64,000 nt of DNA from Geosiphon pyriformis uo1. Lineage: Eukaryota > Fungi > Glomeromycota. Positions 55,200 through 64,000 of the stretch are shown in pieces. The translations under genes and the position numbers were made by a program. Numbering within the stretch: the first letter of the stretch is position 1; the number at the start of each line of letters is the position of its first letter. Location of the stretch: positions 1,097,206-1,161,205 of the forward strand of contig JAAOMT010000129.1 in the NCBI GenBank assembly GCA_016748015.1. The letters are read 5' to 3'. The notes under the pieces are model-generated. The model made no database searches, was not told where the DNA came from, and saw nothing but the letters and a program-made list of their open reading frames with translations.

Positions 55200-57175
55200 A
55201 GGTTTTAAACTAAGGATTCTAATTTTTTTTCTGTTCTTAATGCTCTTACTATATATACATATTTAATGTTTTATAAGATCTTACATATTCTTAAATAATG
55301 TTCTATAATTTTTTGAGCAATATTTACATTGCTAAGCAATATGCTGTAATTTCTAACAATGCTTTATATTGCTAAGCAATGTGCCATAATTTTCTGACAA
55401 TGTTCCACATTGCTAAACAATATGCTCATATGCTAAATACTATTTTCTTATTAGTCTATTTTCTATCCATTTTTTTTACTAATTTTTTTGTATTTTTTTT
55501 CTATGAGTAATATTATCTTCTTCTTTAATATTGAGCTCTATTGAAATCTTTGTTTTGGATTAATTTTATTACTTTTCTTTTTAAGACTGTTTGTTTAATT
55601 CTGGTTTTTATGTCTTTTACTTATGAGTTGTTTATTTTTTTCTATTGGTTAATAATTATTGTCTCCATTTCTGAATGTAATAGTATATTTGAGTAATTCT
55701 GAAATATGGTGTATAGTTAATAAATTGTTTTAATATGTAGTATTAGTTTTGTCTTTTTTCTGATAAAGTTTTTAATTTGTTGTATTATTTTTTGATTGAA
55801 TATTCTCCTGAATTGTCAATATATAATTTTTGAATATTTAGCTTTTGTTCTAACTGATAGTAATAATATGGTATTAGAAGTTGTTTTGTCTATTGCTTTC
55901 AATTTTTTTTTGCTAATTCTATTATTAGAACTGTGATAAGTATTTTTCTAGATATACTCTTTACTTTTTTTATTATCTTATCTAACTAATGTCTCATTTA
56001 GTTTTATGGTTGTTGATATAATATAGTTTTTTTTTTTCTGTTTTTTTGAGTATTCTGATAGCAAATAGTCTGATAATTGATAACAATTTTTATTTTTAAT
56101 TGTTGTTGATTCAAGATTTGAAGTAATTGTTAAACCATTATATAGATATGATCTGGTATTTTTATTTTCTATCATTGCTTTTATTGTGCATATCATGTTT
56201 TTTACATATTTTTTTGTTTGATTAATTTGACATATTTGTATTAATGATTATGATTGGTTCTAAATCTTATAAAATTTTATCTGGTTGGACTAATATTTAT
56301 TGTATTCCTAGTTGTGAAATATTACTGGTAAATAATAATACTGTGTTATAATATGGCTTCAGTTGATTTCTATATGCTGCTTTAGCTAAAATTTTGTTGT
56401 CTCATTTTAGTTTATAAGCTCTATTTTCTAAAATTTTTTCAATGTAGAATGGTTTATTCTATTTGGGGTCAAATTTTTCACTCTATTGTTTTTCTACTTT
56501 GGTATAATGTAAAATTACTTTGTTTTCAATCTTAAATTCAACTGGTTTGTCTAGTAATTGGTTATTATATTACTTCTTTTGCTTTTTTTGTGACTTTTAT
56601 ATATTTTTAGCTGTTTTTTATCTTTTGTTTTCTAGAGTTTCTATTAAGTTATATGTAGTTATATGTTTTTTTTAGCAATGTTTCTCGAAAGTTGTCTTTT
56701 GTTATTGATTTAGTAGAATATGTATTGACTTTTATCTCAATTGATAATATTGCTGTTCTACTATAAACAAGTTTAAATAATGTTGTTTGTATAATATTTT
56801 GCTTTATTGTTCAATAAGCAATTAGTACTAATAATATAAACAAATTTCATTTGTCCTGGTTTTTTTAACTAATTTTGGCAATTGCTTTACACAATGTTCT
56901 ATTGAATTTTTCAATTAAATTGTTTATTTGTGGATAATATAGTGATGATAATGGTCTTTTGGTTCCAAATCTTTGGCTTAATTCTGTTAATGTTCTGTTT
57001 ACAAAATAAGTTTCTTAATCTAATAACAATTCTTTTGGACATTTATGTTAGCAAATCAAATCTTAATGAATGAATTTAACTATAAATTCTGCATCTGATC
57101 TTTGAATTGCTTTTGCTTCTGGCCATTTAGTGAGATAATTTATGACTACTGCTATATAACAATTGTTATTGCTGG
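55200..57175 (-). mobile_element. Ty3/Gypsy copy C: 3' part (integrase C-half, extra ORF, PPT, 3' LTR), interrupted by copy E
   Basis: Integrase INYLTKWPEAKAI at 57105-57150 and KFDPK*NKPFY at ~56460. The LTR starts at 55512 with A-type ATTGCTAAGCAAT repeats. The left LTR boundary is uncertain (55200, or possibly ~54758). Confidence 0.88.
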
Positions 57176-58029
57176 TGTTACTCATAGAATATAGGAAATA
57201 TAGTATTATTAGCCAGTAGATATTAGCCAATCAAAGGTAGACATAGTAAATATAGAATTCCAAGATTTCTCTCAAAGGAATTGCAGAATTCCAGAAATTT
57301 CAGAATTCTCCAACAAGGAATCGCAGGATTTCAGAATTTCAGGATTCCTCTCATCAGAAATCACAGGATTCTAGGAATTTCAAGATTCCTGTCACAAAAA
57401 ATTGAAGAATTGAGGAATCTCAAATATGTATATATAGTAGTAGCATTAGAAGCAGAAAAGAAAGGATCAAAAAGAAGAATTCTTAGTTTAGTTACCACAA
57501 TCCTAAAGAATAAATAATTATTCATTATATCAAATTCATTCTTCACTATCAACACTTCATGTTGATAGTAACTAATACCTAATCATACTGGAACAATAGC
57601 TCTTGATTATGGCTATTGATGGGATATTAACTTGTAAATTATCTTGGCTTATTTTCTTATTTTCTCTTTTATCTTTCTTTGATTTTGTTGTGCATACTAA
57701 TTTATTAAGAATTAAAAGTGCTGAGTTATTGACGTTATGGATAGCCTGGTAAAAGACCCAGAAATAAGGGTAGATTTATATATATTATTGGTTAGCTTAC
57801 CAGAAGGGCACGACTGCCAAAATAAATCCAGCCATCAAGCTGAGAAAGAAATTGGGAAACAATTGAACATGTGAACATTATTACTATTGAATTTCTATCC
57901 ATTATACAAAGGACTCTATTAAAACCTTCAGATACAACACTTTCAGAACATTATCAATGGAAATAGCTTTTGAGCACCAAGTTATAGGTGTGTTAATTGA
58001 CTCGAGACTCCAAATAGTTATCTGTAACA
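57176..58029 (+). repeat. 5' LTR of copy E (854 bp)
   Basis: TG...CA termini with a 6-bp inverted repeat, GAATTC-rich U3 repeats at 57255-57400 and a TATA-like tatatatag at ~57429. Confidence 0.95.
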
Positions 58030-58031
58030 TT

Positions 58032-58048
58032 TGGTGCTCTCTGTGAGG
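58032..58048 (+). promoter_or_regulatory. Primer-binding site TGGTGCTCTCTGTGAGG
   Basis: Starts with TGG two bases after the LTR end. Homologs sit at the same position in copies A and B. Confidence 0.9.
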
Positions 58049-58049
58049 T

Positions 58050-61000
58050 ATAATCTTACAGAGAACCCACACCAACAAACACCATCCAAAAGTGGCAGAA
58101 TCAGAAAATATAGGAGCAAACCATTTAGGATTTGCAAAATTCTTATTTCAACACTATTGTCAATATTTGGGATTAAACCACAATCATATATTTGCCGAAT
58201 CAGCCTTCAATTTCTATGTCAATAAAAAAATTTCCTCTTTGTTAAAAACACCAGTGAATACTGAATCTGCAAGGGAAACTTTCTATAAAGAATTAATTCA
58301 AAACACCAACCTACCAACAAATCATAATTTCGTATTCATTATTACTGAGATCAACAAAGAAATTAAACATCACACTCAACAAAGATATCCAATTACATAT
58401 GCTAGCAAAGGCAAAGAAAAACTGCAAACACCAGCAGTAACACCCAGAAAAATACAACCACCTACTTGGAAAAAAAACAGAATTGAATCTCCAAGCAACT
58501 CATCCTACCACTATACACCTGGAAGCACCATCAACATATCATCAACAGACATGTCCCCATCAACTGCGACATTAGCATTTGGACGATTTCTATTCCAAAG
58601 TAGACAAAAGAAAACAGAATTATTAAGATCATATGGCGAATACTTTAAGGGATTTAATTTGCAATCATTAATCCCATCAGGACTTTGATTACTATTGCCT
58701 CCACCAGATTTCGGAATTTCTGATCCATGGGAAGTAATGGAATCAGAAAAAGAGGAAAAAAAATCAGAGGATTAAGAATTTGCTTACCAGCACCCGATCA
58801 CTGAAAACCCAGAAGTTGAAACCCCAAATCTTCAAACTCAGCAAAATCTAAATCTAAAAAATTCAGAAATTGAAACTCCAAATCATCAAAAGCAGAACAA
58901 TCCAAACCCCAAATTAATTAATTAGCAAAACTTACCTCTGGTAATTGTCATTGATCAACTGCTGATTAATCCCATAGCCAAACCCATACAGCAGCCACTT
59001 TAACTACCATCCCAACAACCAGTACAACAACAACCATTTCAACAGCCACCACAACCACCCAACTTAGATCCAATAGCCTACACACCAATCGCAAAACTTG
59101 ACAACTTTACCAGCAAAGAAGATGACACTCAAGTATGGCTGAATAATATAGAAAAGGCCATCACAGCCAATGGATGAAATAATGCCCGAGCAATGCAAGC
59201 CATTCCTTACTTTCTTAAGGATACTGCTGATTCATGGTATCAGAGCTTGATTAATAAACCACAAGATTTTAATGCCTTCAAAGTGGAATTCCTAAAATAC
59301 TTCAGCAACAATAACAGCATCAATTACTTAGTCAATATGTTCACCACCATAAAATAAAGAGAAACTAAAGCAGTTACCACTTACCTAAGACGCTTTCATC
59401 AAAATCTGTGCCAAATTCAAGCAATTGATGCCAACTATTTCACAGTACCACAAATCCTCAACCAGTTTATCCATGACCTGTGCAGCAGCATCTTGCAACA
59501 TGTACATTCGTTGCATCCAGACACACTTCAAGACACAGTTATATGCATCAGAGATTTTGAATCTGCTGAGTCAAAGGCCAACCACGCCCAAGCTGTTAAT
59601 CTAATAATAAACAGATCATCTGAATTGGATTCCAAATTGGAGAAGTTCAGTGAATCAATTAATAAGAGATTGGAAAAATACTTAGCTGACAATCATGCTA
59701 TTTATCAGCCTTCACAACAATGCAATAATCAAAGAAACTCTAATCATGCCCAAAATCAACCATGTTCATTTTTATCGACCAATTAACAATGGCAACAGGA
59801 AACGTGTATCTGCCATTATTGTGGTAAACAAAAACATATTCAAATCGACTGCTGCCAGCATTTAAATAACCAACAATCAGGAAATCAATATCGAAGCCCC
59901 AATTGCCGGTTCTCAACTCCGAATCATCAATCAAACTCAACACAATATCAAACCACTTACCTACCAATGACACAGCAAACAATCTATCAACTACCAGTAT
60001 ATCAATCTTCAGTGTATCAAAGCCCAACTATTTATTTACTGCAGCCACAAGTAATCTATCAGCTGCTGCTTCAAGTGATCTATCAACCTCAACAAATTCA
60101 AACACCATCCCAAAACTCAACTACTATGACATCAAGAAACCCAAGACCTAGAATCACTCAAAACTGGAGATTGGCGATGGTTGTCTACCAACCAATCCCC
60201 AACTCTTATCATCAACCAGCTGGATTATGCTCTCAGAATTTGGGTACCGGTCTCACACAAAACCCAAATTCCCAGAACTATTTAAGTCTCTTGGTTATCC
60301 CAGAAGACACCACTTCCAACAATTCAGAAACCAACTAACAAGCGACACTTATCAGCAACATACCTCCAGCCACTGTTATCAATGATAAATTATTAGCAGC
60401 CATCTTCCCTTTTGAACTTGAGAAACCATCCCAATTACCGTTATTCAATGGAGCCACCCTCGAGGAGAAACCCATCACAGCGATATACACTGATGCGAAA
60501 GTAAATGAACACCCTATCAAACTCATTCTTGATAGCAGTTCAGCAGGCAGCATCATCACCAAGCAACTCATGGATCAATTAGGTCACCAAGTTAATTGAG
60601 TTGTCAGCACTAGAATTATTATTGCAAATGGCACCACAAAAATGCCTATTGGCGAAATTGATAACTTCCCAATTGAAGTCAATGGCATTGTTACCCCCAT
60701 TAAGGTCTTGGTGATGAAAGCAACTCAGTACTAAACACTAGTTGGTAATGATTGGCTAGTCAAAACCAATGCTGTGCTCGACTGAACCACACAAAAACTC
60801 CAGCTCAGTCAAAACAAACAACACACACAGGTACCAGCCATATGTGGCCACTTCAAAACCACCAACTCATCAGCACCACTAATTGACTTTGAAGAAAAAA
60901 AGACAAAACCTATCTGGAAAGCCTACCAAGTCTCATGGACCGACCCAGACCACAACAAACTGCTGCTGATACTCTCATGGAATGACAACCCTAAGAGAAA

Positions 61001-64000
61001 GCAAAAAGAAGAACTGACCTGAGAGATAGATGATTTGACCTGAACCAACAATGAACAGAAAGAACTATCGAGTTGGGAGTGAAAAGAAGAAAAAGAAAAA
61101 GGGAAAGAAAAGGAGGAAGAAAACACTCAAGCCAACAACATTTATATCCTATACATGTACAGTCAACAACAATCATTAACCTATCGCTGACCCAAACTGA
61201 TATGCATCAATTGTGGCAAAAAATTGTCATCAATGGATGCATGCTGTGGCAACGATGAGAAGTATTCAATGGCAACTAAATTCTATTGCTGCTCATGCAT
61301 CCTAGAACATTTTGGAAGACCAAAATGAGTAGGAAAATAGAATAATACACCATGTCTAGCTTGTAGAGAGACTTTTTTGAATGAAGGAATGTGGAACAAC
61401 ATTCCTGGACGAGGAGGAACGTGTAACAAAACATGCCAGTATACCATTTTAATAAACAATTGGGTACATAAAGGAACTTCCATTGATAATGCTTGGAAAA
61501 GAGTGTTGCGACATTTGGAGAGGTACCCGCATGATGAACACAAAATCTGGAGAATGGCCAGCACTATGGCAGAAGGTGCAACAATCAGCGAACTACTGGA
61601 AATTAAAAACAACCCACTTACTCTTCTTGAACCCAAGTATATTGTGACTTTTAATGTTTTCGATGACGTCAAAAATGATCCCAAGCAATTCCACGAGCAC
61701 TACCAGAACTTGGCATCCATGAGAAAGGAGCAAGAACAATGGTTAGCACAGTTGAATACAAGGCTGTATTGCCATTGCCTAATTCCCAGTGACTTTGAAT
61801 ATTGTGATGATTGTGATTTCATCTACAATCCACCATTATGCATGATATACACCATTTCAGAGAAAATTAAACCAATCAGCAACTGCACATCAGAATTGGA
61901 ATCGATTTTCAATCCCGATTCAAATTCTGACAATAATAACAACAACAACAAAAACACCGGTTCCAGTTCAGTTCAATATGGCAATGAAAAGAACTCAGAT
62001 TCAAACTCCAATTCAAACTATAAACAATATATCACGCTTTTTGACCTCACCAAAGAACAGAAACTGAAATGGTTCAGTGATAACAATGAAGGTATCATGC
62101 CAGAACACACGCACGATACTGATGCAGGATTTGATCTGAGATATTTAGGAACAGAAGCCATCAAATTGGAACCACATATGCACACTTGTATTGATTTGAA
62201 AATAGCACTAGAAATTCTGGCAACAACAATGATTCAATTAGCATCTAGGAGTAATTTAGCAAAAAGAGAGATTAATATAAGAGAAGGAATAATTGACATG
62301 GGATATGTAAGAAATATTATTGCTATACTACAAAATGACTCAGAAAAGGTCTATATACTAGAGCCCAATGAAAAGATAGCACAGGCAATATTTCTGCCTC
62401 TGGTTAGAGTAGCTTAGTTAGTATCAGTAGGAAAAAGAGAGGAATTAAGAATAACAGTGAGAGAAATACAGGAATTCAGATCGACAGATAGAGTAGATGT
62501 ACCAGTCAATATGGCAGAAGAAGAAATTGTTGACCAAAAGAAAATTATCTCAATGGGTCAAACAATTTCCATTCCACCATATGACCAGTACATGATAGGG
62601 ATAAAGTGGGAGGTAAAAGAACAGAATCAGATTTTTAAAGCAGAACCAACTCTTTGTGAATCATGAGAGATTGGATTCATCAATCTCTATATACCAGCCA
62701 AAGAGTACAGCCACATCAAAATTCCCATTTACAACAACACAGAAAATATTATAGTAATATTAGCTGGAACTACTATCAGATACTTAAGCACTGAAATAGA
62801 GGATCAACCACCAAGCACCATTCTGGACTTTCCACAGCTTTGTGGATATGTTGATATCATATCACAAACAATATACGAATGAAGTGAATGTTATTTGCTC
62901 CAACCAGAACAATTGGAACAAATGAACATGAGAAACTTAGATCCACTCCAATGTATGCAGCTTAAGAGGTTGCTCAACAATTTCAACAACATCTTTGCCA
63001 GTGAAAACAAGTTTGGCCAAACTGATATCATCCAGCATCAGATCAAGACTGGAGATGCAATGCCAATTAAACAAAGAGCATACAGAGTACCACCTGCTAG
63101 CCACGAGATCATTCATCAAGAGATAAACTGAATGTTTGACAATGGGCTAATTCAGTTATTAATAAGCTCATGGTCATCATCAATGGTATTCATCCAGAAA
63201 AAGAATGAGAAAATTCACTTTTGTGTGGATTATAGAAAACTTAATGGAGTAACTCGTGGAGATAGCTATCCCACTTCACAGATCCAAGAACTATTCAATG
63301 CTTTCAGTGGAAACAAATGGTTTTCAACATTAGACCTGAACAGTGGTTATTGGCAAGTAGCCATGGATTCAGCTGACAAAGAGAAAACAGCATTTACCAC
63401 AAGGAAAGAAAATTTCAAATTTGAAGTAATGCCATTCAGCTTAACCAATGCTCCAGCCACTTTCCAACAGCTAATAGAAATTGTTTATACTGGCTTATTG
63501 TGGAAATCAGTAGTTGTATATTTGGAAGACACCAATGTATTCTCAAAAACATTTGATGATAATCTTTATCATCTTTAACAAGTGTTTGAAAGACTAAGAA
63601 AAGCAAGACTAAAGTTAAATGCAACAAAGTGCTTCTTTGGCAAGACAGAACTAAAATTCTTAGGACACATAGTCAACAAAGATGGCATCAAAACAGATTC
63701 AAAGAAAATAGAGATAGTAAAGAACTTTCCAGTGCTAACCAATATGACAGAACTGAAATCATTCTTGAGATTTGCCAGCTACTATCGATGTTTTATCAAG
63801 AACTTTTCCAAGATAGCACAGCCACTCAACCAACTGCAAACCAAGAATACAAAATATGAATAGACAGAAAATCAACAAGAAGTTTTTAATATTCTGAAAA
63901 GAAAGCTTATTCAAGCTCCAGTACTGATTTATTTAGATCACAGCAAACTATTCATTATCACCACCGATGCATCCAGCCAAGCATTGGGAGCAGTACTATC
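58050..64000 (+). pseudogene. gag-pol polyprotein pseudogene (N-extension, gag, CCHC, protease, Cys-rich domain, dUTPase, RT, start of RNase H)
   Basis: ORF-track pieces at 58092, 59493, 59967, 61377, 62457, 62895, 63132 and 63582 are all in one frame. Motifs: gag AIPYFLKDTADSWY; CHYCGKQKHIQIDC (59811-59852); protease LILDSSSAGSII (~60531); dUTPase DAGFDL/SRSNL/IIDMGY/KIAQAIF (62100-62490); RT FCVDYRKLN, LDLNSGYWQV, MPFSLTNAP, YLED; RNase H TTDAS. Confidence 0.93.

Larger units (their letters stand above)
57176..64000 (+). mobile_element. Ty3/Gypsy copy E (least decayed; runs off the window end)
   Basis: Intact LTR termini TGTTAC...GTAACA (57176-58029), a PBS and a single-frame gag-pol. Inserted into the integrase of copy C. 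Confidence 0.96.

Overview
Very AT-rich eukaryotic DNA with spliceosomal introns. The kinase style and USO1 sequence best fit an early-diverging fungus such as a Glomeromycotina species (inference). Only two host genes look intact: a tyrosine-kinase-like protein kinase (+, 4882-~6.6 kb) and a 15-exon USO1/p115 vesicle-tethering gene (-, 41067-44773, ~848 aa). Most of the rest is nested, decayed transposons. These are pogo/Tigger and Tc1 remnants, LINEs (ORF1; APE-RT-RNase H), an apparently ORF1-only LINE derivative, and five Ty3/Gypsy copies, four of them (A, B, C, E) from one family. That family has an unusual layout: long N-terminal extension-gag-CCHC-protease-Cys-rich domain-dUTPase-RT-RNase H-integrase, plus an extra ~220-codon ORF before the 3' LTR. 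The repeats show heavy, nearly transition-only C>T/G>A mutation that is not limited to CpG (RIP-like), while USO1 keeps its CpGs. There is one 354-N assembly gap. All alignments and counts were done by eye, and the boundaries of heavily decayed elements are approximate.
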